64,000 nucleotides of DNA from the NCBI RefSeq assembly GCF_048593235.1, contig NC_133620.1:117988852-118052851 (forward strand), in the 5' to 3' direction. Below the pieces are notes generated by a model. It made no database searches. It worked only from the letters and a program-made list of their open reading frames with translations, and was not told where the DNA came from. Origin of the DNA: Sminthopsis crassicaudata. Taxonomy: Eukaryota. The translations under genes were made by a program, and so were the position numbers. Positions 22,301 to 34,252 of this stretch are shown piece after piece; position 1 is the first letter of the stretch; the number at the start of each line of letters is the position of its first letter.

Positions 22301-25300
22301 ACAAATAATATTTAACAATATTGACTTTTAGTATAGTACTCCCTCTCTCTGAAGAGAGCAGAGTGCTGATCTCTGGCCCCAACTTCCTACTTTCCCTTCT
22401 GACAGTAATGAAAGTCTCCTTTGGAGAAAGTTATGGAGAAAAGAGCTAGAAATGTCTATTCTGCCACCTTATTAGCCACATATGACAGTCTCCTACCTTT
22501 TTATTCTGCTACACTGCTTTTGCTTTCTATTGAGTAAAAGTTATCATTATCCTTTCGCCATCTGTTGTATAGATGTTATGACTTCCTACTCTTGCTTTTT
22601 TCCCCTACTTCTGTCTTTATCAAGTCTCCTTCAACATTCTGTTCTTCTTCTTGTCTTCTGATGCTCTGAATTAGTCTACTCATAAGCAGTGACCTTTTTA
22701 AATTTATGTATGAGACTCAAAAAAGTCCATCTTTCTATCAGCCTGAGCAAAACAATCCTTATATATAATTTCCTATTAGTCCTCAAACAGCTATTTGATT
22801 TATAGTTTATCAGCCATGGCCTTTGACACTTGGAAAACAATTATATGGAAAGAAGCCTTTGAAGCACACTAACCCATAATCATCATTTCCCCAGTCTACA
22901 TTTTTCCTTCAGCCAGATTCTCTCAGTATATTTATCTGAGAAGTTCTTTTTCAAGTGTTCAGAACAATCTGAGGGAAGCCAAAATGATGGATTAGGGACA
23001 GTCATCCATCCAACTCTTCCAACATTCCCCTCTAAGCAACTTTAAAATAACACCTTAAATAAAATTTAGGAGTAGCACAGCCAACAAAAGGTAGAGGTAA
23101 GAGATTTTTCTGGCCTGTGATAACTCAAGAGAATGGCAGAAATCTTTTTTTGTTTGTTTGTTTGTTTTTTCCTTTTTTATTGTTTTTTTTTTCTGATTAT
23201 ACATGTACATTAATTGTTTTAAATACACATTTCTTCATGAATCATGCTGGGAGAGAAAAATCAGAACAAAAGGGAAAAATCATGAGAGAAAAAAAAAAAA
23301 AAAAAGGAAAAAGAAAGTAAACATGCCATGTGTTGACTTACAGTCAGTCTCATAGTTCTCTCTCTGGGTGCAGATGGCATTTTCTATCCAAAGTTTATTG
23401 GAATTGCCTTGGATCATTGAACCTCTGAGAACAATCAATCTATCAAAGCTGATCATCACACAATCTTGCTTTTACTGTGTATACTGTATTCCTGATTCTA
23501 CTTGTTTGCTCAGCACCAGTTCATATAAATCTTTCCTGGCCTTTTAAAAATCAACTTGTTTATCATTTTTAAACAACGATAATATCCCATTACTTTCATA
23601 TACCATAACTTATTCCCCCATTCCCCAGTTGATGGGCATCTACTCAATTTCCAATTCTTAACTACCACATAAAGCTGCTACAAACATTTTTGCACATGAG
23701 GGTTATTTTCCCTCCTTTATGATTTCCTTGGGAAATAATACTGCTAAATAAAAAAGTATCCAGTCCTTAAATTCCTAAGCCTGTCTGGAATCCACACAAG
23801 TGGCGGTGGCAAAATACTAGCAGCAGCAGCAGCTTTGAGTTCTCTCAATTCAGATGGGAAGGCAGTTAAACAACTGATCAGAAGAGATTACAAGGACCCT
23901 TTGCTGTCCCTGTATCCTGTACATCTGTGTACTAGGTACATATGGTGTTGACTAGCAACTCTTGCAAATTCCAGGACAGAGAGAAGTGCTGGTAGTTGGT
24001 CTCAAAAGAAGCAGGAGCTCTGGTCACAGTTCCAAAACAAAGAGGAGCACTAGTACTTGTTGCTTCAAGGGATGAAGGGCTCTTGTTGGATAAAGAACAA
24101 GGACCATACCTCTCCTGGGCTCACACTACTTTGTAAATACTTGAAAATTTCCAAACCCCAAGAACTATTTCTGAAAACAGCAGTACAAAAAAAAGCTTGA
24201 AGCTTGGCACAGTGCCTTATCATCTATCTCCTAGTAAGCAGAGGCCAATTTTAAAATAAAGTTCAAAGTCAAGAAATAGGCTGAAAAATAAGTAAAATGC
24301 AAAAAAAAGAATTTGACTATCAAAAACTACTATGGTGACAGGAAAGAAAGAAATAAAAGGAAGGAAGGAAGGAAGGAAGGAAGGAAGGAAGGAAGGAAGG
24401 AAGGAAGGAAGGAAGGAAGGAAGGAAGGAAGGAAGGAAGTTCAAAGTCAAGAAATAGGCTGAAAAATAAGTAAAATGCAAAAAAAGAATTTGACCATCAA
24501 AAACTNNNNNNNNNNNNNNNNNNNNNNNNNNNNNNNNNNNNNNNNNNNNNNNNNNNNNNNNNNNNNNNNNNNNNNNNNNNNNNNNNNNNNNNNNNNNNNN
24601 NNNNNNNNNNNNNNNNNNNNNNNNNNNNNNNNNNNNNNNNNNNNNNNNNNNNNNNNNNNNNNNNNNNNNNNNNNNNNNNNNNNNNNNNNNNNNNNNNNNN
24701 NNNNNNNNNNNNNNNNNNNNNNNNNNNNNNNNNNNNNNNNNNNNNNNNNNNNNNNNNNNNNNNNNNNNNNNNNNNNNNNNNCCAATTGATTAAAAGAAAA
24801 CAACACAACATTAGATAAACTGATTTCTAAATGGATGAAAATTTAGGAACTTTCCAAGTTGGGAGGGGAAGAGCAAACAGGTACAATTCCCTGAATTCAG
24901 AAAAAAAAAGTATCTATAAACAAAGGAACTTGGAAACAATGACTGATTGATCACTTGCCTCACTGAGATACACAATTGTGAGAAATTCTTTGTTTCAGTC
25001 TTTGGATCTGACCAGTTTTCTGATTAGTAAAACTTGTGTCCTTAGTTAAGCATCACTAAACACCAGGTAGAGATAGTCAAGTTTCCCAGTCATACAAGGT
25101 TATGCTGAAACAATTCAATAAAGTTTTCCTTTCAATTCCCATAATTGAATAAAGTTTTCTCATAAAACATAATATGAACTAGACCCATAATTGAATAGGA
25201 AGGAATTGAACTATTTCCAGAATTAAATCACAAGATGGAGTCAGTGTGGCTCGCTTAATACTTACAATTAACCACATGCTATTTTAATCCTTTCAATTTC

Positions 25301-28300
25301 CTCAGTATTAGTTTTCCCCTAGGGCAGCTGGATGTGGGCAGTAGATTTGAACCTAAATTCACATCCAGCCTCAATCACTTAACACTTAGGAGCTGTGTGA
25401 CCCTAAATGGGGAGGGGAGGGGAGNNNNNNNNNNNNNNNNNNNNNNNNNNNNNNNNNNNNNNNNNNNNNNNNNNNNNNNNNNNNNNNNNNNNNNNNNNNN
25501 NNNNNNNNNNNNNNNNNNNNNNNNNNNNNNNNNNNNNNNNNNNNNNNNNNNNNNNNNNNNNNNNNNNNNNNNNNNNNNNNNNNNNNNNNNNNNNNNNNNN
25601 NNNNNNNNNNNNNNNNNNNNNNNNNNNNNNNNNNNNNNNNNNNNNNNNNNNNNNNNNNNNNNNNNNNNNNNNNNNNNNNNNNNNNNNNNNNNNGCTTATC
25701 CCATAGAGAAATGGGAAGTGAAGGGGATAAAATAAAGAAGGAGAAGGATGAAAGGGAGGACAGATTAAGGGAGGCTGTGGTTAGAAGGGAAAATTGACTT
25801 TTTAGAAGAGACAAGATAAAAGAGACAAAGAAGAAATAAGAAAACAGAATAATAATCATAATTGTGAATGTGAATGGGATCAGCTCAACCATAAAACAGA
25901 AGTAGATAGCAAAACTGATTAGAAACAAGAATCTAATAATATATTGTTTACAAGAGACATACTTGAAACAGAAAGATACCCACAAAGTTAAAATAAAGGG
26001 AAACTGAGAAACTAATATGCTTCAGACAAAGCAAAAGCAAAAGTAGGTCTAATTAAAAGAAATAATCAGAGAAATCACGTTTTGCTAAATAAAAGCATAG
26101 AGAATGAAATAATATCAAAACATTTTAAAGCATGTTTTTCTACTAAAGGTCTAGTTTCTCAAACATATGCTCAGTATAGAACTGTGCCAAGTTTATAAAG
26201 AGACATTCCCAATTGATAAACGGTCAAAAGATATAAACACAATTCTCAAAAGAAGAAATCAAAGCTCTTTATAACTTTGACAAATGTTGAAGAGGAGAGA
26301 AAAATAGGACACTAAAGAACTGCTGGTAGAATAGTGAACTGGTATGTAATGTAATGTCTGGGTTAGCTTTCTCGAGGGTCTTTGGATGGTCTTAGCAAGA
26401 GAGTTACCACAAGGATGCTCAGGGATAGGGTCTGGAGTCTGACTGAAGTCTGGAGTCTGAGCCTGAACTCATACACACTCGAGTCTCCTTATTTCAAGTC
26501 CTCTCAGCCCTTAAATATCTTAGTATAATTACATCATTACAGCACACTGAGCATGTGCCAACTGTAGAACCATTCCATCACCATACTAAGTACTATGTAT
26601 ATGAGAACTATTATTTCATCAATCACATTGCATAAACCCCCTGCTGTAAATATCTTTGCTTCAATTATATTTTTCTCAGAGTTCCCCAATATCTGCAGTC
26701 CTCTATAGTAGCCAACCTTTCTGGAGAATAATTTGGAGACCCAAAAAGCTATCAAACTCTGCATACATACCCTTTGACCAGACATTACCATTACTAATTC
26801 TATATCCTAAAGAGATCAAGTGACAAAGAAAATGGACCCATGTGGACAAAAATATTTATAGCAACTCTTTTTTTGTGATGGCAAAGAATTGGAAATTGAG
26901 GTGATGCTCATCATTTGGGGAATGGCTGAATAACTTGTACTATATGATTGTGATGAAATACTATTGTGTTATAAGAAATGATGAAGGTGGTTTCAGTAAA
27001 AACATGACAAGGCTTAAATGAACGGATGCAAACTGAAGTGAGAGGAGTCATAACATCAACATGCACAGTAACAGCAATGTTGTAATGATGTAATGACCAA
27101 CTGTGAAAGACTTGGATATTCTGATCGATAAAATGATCCCAGACAATTCCAAAAGACTCATGGTAAAAAAAAAATCCTATCCAACATCAGAGAAAGAACT
27201 GATGAATTCTAAGTGCAAAAATGAAGTATAATTTTCTCATTTTCTTTATTTTTCTTGCTATAAAAAAGGGCTACTTATGAAGTAGGTTTTGCATGATTTT
27301 ATACATATGATTGATATGAGATTGCTTATCTTCTCAGATGTTGGGGAAGAGATGAGAATTTGGAACTCAAAATGTTAATGAAAAGAAGGTTAAAAAATAA
27401 ATTTGTGTATATACACATACATACATACATATATGTGTGTGTGTATTGTTCTCTCAGAACTTTATCTAAAAAGGTCATGTGTTTTCTTAAGCTGAGATCG
27501 GTTTCTTCACACAAATATTCTTTATATTCCTCTGTCAATCTGAAGAAAAACCAGACTATATACCTTTTTTCAACATCAAAATGTCCCTATACACAAGGGA
27601 GAATACCTTCTACACAGTCATTTCCTCAATTTAAATTTCCTTTATTCAAGGCAAGTTCTTAACTCTCTCTTTGCTATTATAGTAACTTTCTAAATGGTCT
27701 CTCTCTAAGATTTTCTCTTTCCCAGTTCATCTTTCACAAATGTGCTAAAATGATCTTTCAAATATTTTATGTCAATTATATTAGTCTTTTTTCAAAAGCT
27801 CCAGAGGTTCCCCTCCTCCCCCTTTTTTTTTTAGCCCATCCAGTGAAATACAAGCCTGGCATTTGAGAACCTCCCTAACCTGGCTTCAACCTGCCTTTCC
27901 AGCCTTATTTCAAAAACTTCATTCACTCTGATATTGTATCCTTTTCCCTCGGTGTATTTCATTATGCTCCTAATGCCAAGATACACTCCTTCTCATCTTT
28001 GACCATTAATAGGAGCTATTTATGCAGCACTTTAAAAGTTTGCAAAGCATTGTTCATACATTATCTCATTTGCTGTTCACATTCATCTTTATGAGATAAA
28101 AGCTATAGATATCATCTCCATTTTACAAATGAAGAAATTGAAATTGAAAAGATTAAGGGACTTGATCTTAGGTGTCAGAGACTGGTTTTATCATTTTAAG
28201 TTTCCCTTGACTTGAAAAATCAAATATTATAACCTTCCTGTTACACTCTCTCTCAACTTAAGTGTTACCTTTCATAGGATGCCTTCCTTAATCCTCCCTA

Positions 28301-28626
28301 ATGACAAGTGATTTCTAACCCTCCTCATATTCACTTAGAACTCTTTCTGGATCTTTCCTTTAGCCATGTAGTAGTAATTTGCCTTTTGTAAGTTCTGCTT
28401 TGAGAACTTCCCCTCTGAAACCTGAGGAAATGGTTGTGATCTCTTTGAAAAGGTAGCAGCAAATGCAATGTTGAGAAAAAAAGAGGTTAGCAGGTAGAAT
28501 TGGTAGGTGAGAAGTGATTGGATGTGAAGCCCCTTTTGGAGTGAGTCAGAGAGGTATGTGTTTAACATGTCTGAGGATCTTTCGAAGGTTTGTATTGAAG
28601 GTGTTTTTCTCTACAGAGTCAAAGAA

Positions 28627-28686
<60 letters not shown>

Positions 28687-31600
28687 TTGCTTTTTTTTTT
28701 TTAACTTTTTATTTAGAAGTATCTTCTTGATAAACCGTGGAAAGATTATGAAAACAGCTGGAAAGACAGTTCTTGTCACTGCTGAAATGAAGTTGAAGAA
28801 AATACACCCAGGAAGAAAGACATGAAGAGATTTTTTATGAAGAAGCAGTTTAAGAAATTATCTTATGAAGATAATTTAAAGAAGAAACAACATATGTTTT
28901 GAGAAGCTTTGAGTAAAGAAGTACTAAGTTTTCAGAGAAGTGAACTGTTGATATTTTTAGAGTTTGAAATGACTCTGAAGTATATGTATAAGACAATTTA
29001 ATATATATATAGCATATATGAATATACAATATAATATAATATATAAGACAATGTAATATACTAATGTAATTTTATAATGTAATATAGTATATAATTATGA
29101 TAAATGCAAATAAATATATGATGCTGATAAAACACATTAGCATATTTTTATTAGTATGATATATAGTATATAATATATTGTTCATAATTAACTATCTAAA
29201 TATATAATACACATATTATAGAGCACTGTTATATTAAGTATATTAATATGATTTTCAAAAGTATATAATTATTTGATTTATTATATCATTATATGTTAAA
29301 CCCTATAACATGTATATATCATAAATAATATTCAATGTATCAATATGAACACATATATACATGTATACTTGTACATTATATGTACATGCTTATATCTATA
29401 GTTGTATGTAGCTATATATGTGTCTTTATGATTTTTGTCAATTCTATTCCTTAATAAATTATATATTTACTCACTTTAAGCTATATTTAAATATGAATGA
29501 AGAAGCAATTATTTAGAGAAAGGTTTCTCTAGTTCATTGAACAAATAATATTTAATGTATCAATGAGAAACTTGAACTAATTAAAATTAACTAAGTTAGA
29601 AGAGATTTCAAATTTATTGAAGAGAAGTAAATTAGCCAACATATCATTAGATTTATATGGAGCTAAGGATTAACAAATTAAATAAATAGCAATAAATCAA
29701 ACTGCAGGATGGAATTGGATGACCTCAATGAGTATGTGTGGTCAGGTCCCAGAAATCTATAACTGTTATTATCATTAGTCATTATCATTACTATCATCAA
29801 CATTATCAACATAATCTCAGTCCTAGAATATATACTTTTTGGTATGTATACCTTATTTAAAGAAATATTAAAGAAAATAGGATTATTGTTGGGGCAGGGG
29901 AGGAATGAGATAAATTTGCATATTAATTACATAAATTACATAATTACATGAGGAAACTCAAGAGCCAAAGAGGGGAAATATGACTCAAAATATCAGGGTA
30001 AAGGTCAAGGAAGGGAGAAAGAGAAATGATGTCACTGGAGTACACTACAAATCATTTAGAAAGAGGAAATACATGAAGAGTTGGGAAAAACAGATCACAA
30101 GTCTAGTTGAAAGGCATGAGACTATAGTGATGAAAATTTCAATTTTCCAGATAGGTAAATGAGGGGAATTCTTTTCCCTTAGATTTTAGCAAAGTTTAAA
30201 ATATCTTATTTCCCCTTTTAAAAAGATGGAGAGAAATGGATTAGTGATAATATAATCAGATGGATTCATTCACATCTGGTTGGATGGCAGAACTAAAAAT
30301 GTGGTTAACATTTATCAATAACAGCATAGATAGTTCATCTAATTTGCAACTGACAAACTCAGAAGAGAGAGCTAGCACACTGACAGAACTGGTATTTTCA
30401 TAGGCTCAAGCATTGGGCTGAAAATAAGAAGATGAAATTCAACAGTGATAAATGTAAAGTCTTCTGATTTGGGTACACAAAAAATCAACTTCACAAGTAT
30501 AAGATGGGGGGAGACCTGAGATCTTGGATTAGTATGAATCAACAATGGAATGGAGCAATCAAAAAGGTCAATGTGATGTGCTTCCTGGAGGAACTTTCAG
30601 GTTTGTCTTCCAGAAAGAGGATTGTAATAGTTTCACTGTGCTCAGCCTTCATTAGACTTCATATGAAGCACTGTGTTCACTAATGAGCACTGGAGAGGAT
30701 CCAGAAAGTAGCCACAAACAACCTTGAGTATATGACATCCGCTAAAGGAACCCGACATATTAACTTTGAGAGAAGGCTCAGAAGGAACATAATAGCTGTC
30801 CATAAGAATCTGAAGAGCTGCCTGGTAGAAAAGGGATTAGGCTTAATTAGGAAAGGTAGAGGCAGGAGCAATGGGTCTAAATGACAAAGAAGCTCATTTA
30901 GACTTGATATGAAGAAATAGAGTTGTGCAAAAGTGGAATGGTCTTTCTCAAGAGGTGAGGAGTTCCTTCTCCTTGATAATCTTAGCAGAGCTTGTGGGGT
31001 ATTTCATAATTGAGGGGGGAGGGTTGGATGTAGATCTCTCCCAACTCTCAAATTCTGTGATTATATCAATGTCTACATTAAAATTCTGTGTATACTTCAT
31101 TATGTCATATTATTTATCATTAATTATTGCTTTCATATATATGAAATATATATATGTGTGTATTTCATACATTGTGCTTTGAATTCTATTTCTAGGCACT
31201 TATACACATATTATCTCAGGAACGATGAGCAGGGATTTTGTTTTGGTTAGATACACATGATTTTATCAATGTGTAAAATTTTCTCATCAATTACAGGTCA
31301 GTAATTCCTCTGTGATGTATGGTCTTAAGAGAGTTGCCTGGATCACTGAGAAATTGATGTGCCTGTGGTCACAAAGCCAGGATATGCCAAAAGCTGGACT
31401 CTAATCTACTATGACACAAGCTGCTTCTGAATCATGTCCATTTTTAAAAATTGTCTTTTATTTCAAACTTAAACACCAAAAAAAAAAATAAAAAAATTAG
31501 TATTTCCATTTATCCAGTTCTGTTCTCTTTCCTGAACTTCAATCTACATTGCTAACTAACTGGTTATTAAACATTTAAAATTGGATATTCTATAGGCATT

Positions 31601-34252
31601 TCAAACTCAATATATCTAACGCTGAACTTCTTTTTCCCACAAATTACTCTTTTCTGTTAAGGGCATACTCGTGCAAATCCTCAGCATCATCTTCAGTCTC
31701 TCGCTCCAAATATGTAGTGTCTACCACCACTATTTCTTACATCCATCCTCTTTTACTACCAGTTTAGACCCTTATCACTTTAACTATTAAAATGGCTTCC
31801 TAATTGTGTTCCCATTTCAGGTCTCCCACTCTAATCTATCCTCCACACAGCCACTAAATGAACTTTCCTAAAACATGGACTGACCACGTCACTCTCCAAG
31901 GCAAAACATTGCATTATTATATCCAGGTCCAAATTTGAATTTCTCTGCTTGCCACTGAAAGCTTTTCACAATCTGCTTCCAACCTATTTCCAGGCTTCTT
32001 ACACATTATTCCCCTTCACATATTCTTTGTTCCAACCAAATTAGGTTTTTAACTCTTCCTCATGCATGAATAGTCCATTTTCCATTTCCGTGGCCTTGGC
32101 ACTGGCTGTCCCCATTGCCAGGAAAGCACTCATCATTTCCACTTCTTGGAATCCGTGCTTTTCCTTCAAGACTCATCTTAAATGAGAACACCTACATGAA
32201 GCCTTTCCCGATTCCTACCTCCTCCCTTGTCTTCACAGACACTGCGGCCCTCCCCCCCAAACCTGCCTTGTAAATTTTGCAACTCATACATGTACATATG
32301 ACTCCTGATAGAATATAAGCTATTAAGACAGAGATTGTTTCACTTTTGTCTTTTTTATACGTAATACTTAGCACAGTGCCTGGCACGAAGCGGTCCTTAA
32401 TAAATTCCAGTTGCTTGATTACCAGGTTGCAAAGTTTGGGAACCTCAGTCATGGCTTTTGGAAATAATCTCTCTGCCTCCTGCTTGTGGGCTGTTATCAG
32501 CATTTTATATTCATTTTACTTTCTAAATTTATTTTTTCTTTATCCACTGGGGGGAAAAACAAGTCTAAAACCATTTCTGTCAAATTTGATAACGTAAGTA
32601 ATTTATAGAGGGAGGGGGAACTAAAGTTCTCTCCTGAATCCCCAGGCTTTCCCCTGGATCTTTTCCTTCTTACAAATGGTGGAATTCTAAGGCATCATTG
32701 AGCACAATTCTCCCCCAGGGACTCATCAGTGTTCACTGGGCTGAGACCCAAAACCTCAGCTCAGAAGGGTAGGGCTAGAGAAAGGCAGCGACAGCTTCAG
32801 CTTAGAAACCACAGGAGTATTTCTTACTAAGTCCTGTGACCTGTGGCTGATGTGGCTGGACAGGAAGGATATGTGTATGGGGGCTAGGGCTAGGGCTAGG
32901 GAGGGAGCAATTTGTCTATTATTGTTCATCTTCTATCCTTGACTTCATTGCTTCCCTCTAAATAGGCATCATAACAGGGAACAAAAACTAATTTCCTGTC
33001 TCTAATCCTTGGGGCTCCCCAGACCCCAGTACCAGAATGGATGAACATTAGATGAGTGACAGAGCCAGGACTCGGAGAAATGGGTAATTGCAACGAAATT
33101 GCAACAATCTACTAATACCAAGTGCTTAAATTTTGTAACATATATACCCAATCTGGTTTGAACTTCAAAACCATCCTGTGAGGTACTCTTCTTATGTTGT
33201 ACCCATTCTACAGATGAGAAAGCAGGTTGAGAATATGTAACTTGTCTAAGCTCATCAGTTCTTAGAATTCTGAAGCCATCTTCCTGACCCAAGAGCATCT
33301 GTCCTCTTTGTCACAAAGTCCTCAACATTTCAGCTAGATGGTATGTTAATTTACAAAGCAATGGAAAGTACCATGGCTAGGTACCATTTCCCCAGGGGTT
33401 GGAGCCACCGCTGATACTCAGGGAAGGAAAGCTGAACATCCACCTGCTGACATAAACTAGGCAACAGGACTGATCTGAGCTTCCTCCTTACTCTCTCATC
33501 ATTTTCCACTTTCCTTGATAAATTAAAAAATCATTGGATACCTGAGGCTTTCTGGCTTCCTTCTCGTCTACAATGGCCACCACTACTACTCTAACCTTCC
33601 CCGACGTAGACATCTCGATGATGTTAAACATGACAAAGGACCCTCAGGGTCCCTGAGCACAGAAGAGTCTGAGATGTTTGCTAAAGGTTCTCCTCCACTC
33701 CAGCTTCCCAACAGAAGCTGTTGTCTCCACATTTTGCCCCATGGTGATCACCAGGGCTGCGGGAGGTGAGAGGCCCTTTTACCATCCACTCCTTTGCTCC
33801 AAATGCCAATCACGAAATCATGGAGCTCACCACCTCGCTCGCTGCCCCAGTAACTCTCCATCACAGACATCAGGGTGGCTCGTCCCCTCCTGTGGGGCGT
33901 TCAGACCAAAGCAAAGGCAGGGTAACATAGGGAGGCATGTTGGGGGGTATAGGGAGGACTCTTGGTCCTTGAAACCCAGGGGAGAAGGAGGCACGGAATG
34001 CAAGAACCCAGATAAGGATCTGAGATAGACCAGAACAGACAAAGGCCAAAAAACCTCCCTCAGAGGCACAGGTACTCCCTCCTCAGAGATGCTCAGAGAC
34101 GCTCACGTCCATTACCCGTACAGACTTGGTGAACTGATCCATTTTCTCCAGACTTCAGAGGCCCATGCCCTTCCCCTCATCCCCCCACCAGCCTTTAACT
34201 CACTGGCTTCTTGAATCAGAAGCAGCACCAGCAACAGCACCAAAGAGATCAT
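10388..34252 (-). CDS. FCER1G: Fc epsilon receptor gamma chain (FcR-gamma), 85 aa
   Basis: Exons 34252-34204 ([16 protein letters not shown]), 12017-11926 ([31 protein letters not shown]), 11782-11750 ([11 protein letters not shown]), 10932-10912 (KSEEVYT) and 10450-10388 ([20 protein letters not shown]). Total 49+92+33+21+63=258 nt, all GT-AG. Transmembrane Cys and Asp and the ITAM (YTGL...YETL) are intact. Confidence 0.95.
10670..10853. mobile_element. Non-autonomous hAT/Charlie MITE, OC1 (OposCharlie1)-like, in FCER1G intron 4
   Basis: Terminal inverted repeats CAGTGGTCCTCAAACT / AGTTTGAGAACCTCTG match at 14 of 16 positions. The 5' internal sequence TTTTAAATAGGGGGCCAGTTCATTGTCCCTCAGAC resembles the recalled OC1-family consensus. 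No clean 8-bp TSD seen. Confidence 0.8.
11095..11310 (+). mobile_element. MIR/Mar-type CORE SINE (one of many; others near 9140-9230, 9395-9560, 12420-12670, 36850-36990, 57195-57380, 61460-61560)
   Basis: tRNA-like head followed by GTTCAAAT...CTCAGATACTTACTAGCTGTGTGACCCTG...AAGTCACTTAA and CORE-like sequence. Confidence 0.75.
12937..13128. mobile_element. hAT-type MITE; a related copy lies in the opposite orientation at about 56975-57160
   Basis: CTTCTTAAACTGTGG...CCATATGG is the reverse complement of CCATATGG...AGTTTAAGAAG near 57125-57160. TCTAGA-like flanks. Confidence 0.55.
14447..15906 (+). mobile_element. Older 5'-truncated LINE-1 hosting a nested younger L1
   Basis: ORF2 C-terminus and 3' UTR sequence. 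Perfect 15-bp TSD AGAAATATGCATTCA at 14432-14446 and 15907-15921. Confidence 0.9.
14946..15831 (+). mobile_element. Young 5'-truncated LINE-1 with an open ORF2 C-terminal segment
   Basis: Frame [15 protein letters not shown]...[19 protein letters not shown]...[12 protein letters not shown] is the L1 ORF2 Cys-rich C-terminal domain. A-rich tail. TSD AAAAGGTTTTGCAATTGTCAAT at 14924-14945 and 15832-15853. Confidence 0.93.
16357..19890 (+). mobile_element. LINE-1 3' portion interrupted by an antisense L1
   Basis: ORF2 3' sequence at 16390-16962 resumes at 19269 and ends in polyA at 19890. Candidate TSD AGAACATCT at 16348-16356 and 19891-19899. Confidence 0.8.
16963..19268 (-). mobile_element. 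About 2.3 kb 5'-truncated LINE-1, itself carrying a short L1 3'-tail insertion at about 18710-18885
   Basis: PolyT at the left end. ORF2 remnant [17 protein letters not shown]...[18 protein letters not shown] on the minus strand. TSD TAGCAG(T/C)CCTTTT at 16950-16962 and 19269-19281. Confidence 0.88.
23130..23740 (-). mobile_element. LINE-1 3' end fragment
   Basis: T-rich left end and similarity to the minus-strand L1 3' UTR/ORF2 end at 16963-17750. Confidence 0.7.
24357..24437. repeat. (GGAA)n microsatellite, about 20 units
   Basis: Seen directly. Confidence 0.97.
25322..25410 (+). mobile_element. WSINE1-like marsupial SINE (partial)
   Basis: GGGCAGCTGG...CCAGCCTCAATCACTTAACACTTAGGAGCTGTGTGACCCT resembles the recalled WSINE1 consensus. 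Confidence 0.55.
26345..26707. mobile_element. About 360 bp LTR-like insertion splitting L1 ORF2
   Basis: L1 sequence GTGAACTGG|...|CCAACCTTTCTGGAGA is interrupted by non-L1 sequence starting TGTAAT. TSD unclear. Confidence 0.5.
28630..28682. repeat. (TG)n microsatellite
   Basis: Seen directly. Confidence 0.97.
28980..29480. repeat. Extremely AT-rich, (TA)-like low-complexity tract
   Basis: Seen directly. Confidence 0.85.
30250..30985 (+). mobile_element. CR1/L3-type LINE 3' fragment
   Basis: Degenerate motifs (AAGATGAAATTCAACAGTGATAAATGTAAAGTC; CTGGAGAGGATCCAG; AAGTGGAATGGTCTTTCTCAAGAGGTG) typical of the CR1 RT 3' end. Confidence 0.7.
31510..32420 (+). mobile_element. LINE-2 3' fragment (other L2 pieces near 1830-2340, 13600-13960, 27560-28000, 49200-49840, 54660-55310)
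   Basis: CATTTCAAACTCAATATATCTAACGCTGAAC and the terminal CTTAGCACAGTGCCTGGCAC...CTTAATAAAT. Confidence 0.75.

Larger units (their letters stand above)
23760..27385 (+). mobile_element. Fragmented, formerly long older LINE-1 (5' region, ORF1 start, ORF2 endonuclease start, ORF2 end, 3' UTR)
   Basis: ORF1-like start ...[13 protein letters not shown] at about 24300-24342. Endonuclease-like [13 protein letters not shown]...[21 protein letters not shown] at about 25858-26000. ORF2 end and 3' UTR at about 26190-27385. Interrupted by gaps, a SINE and an LTR-like insert. Confidence 0.7.

Noticed and set aside
33002-33075. Minus-strand TGGCTCTGTC...GTACTGGGG and LGSGEPQ resembling FCER1G exon 2 edges (possible duplicated exon)
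   Set aside because: Only two 9-10 bp matches, an in-frame stop, and no LCYILD or transmembrane similarity. Probably chance.
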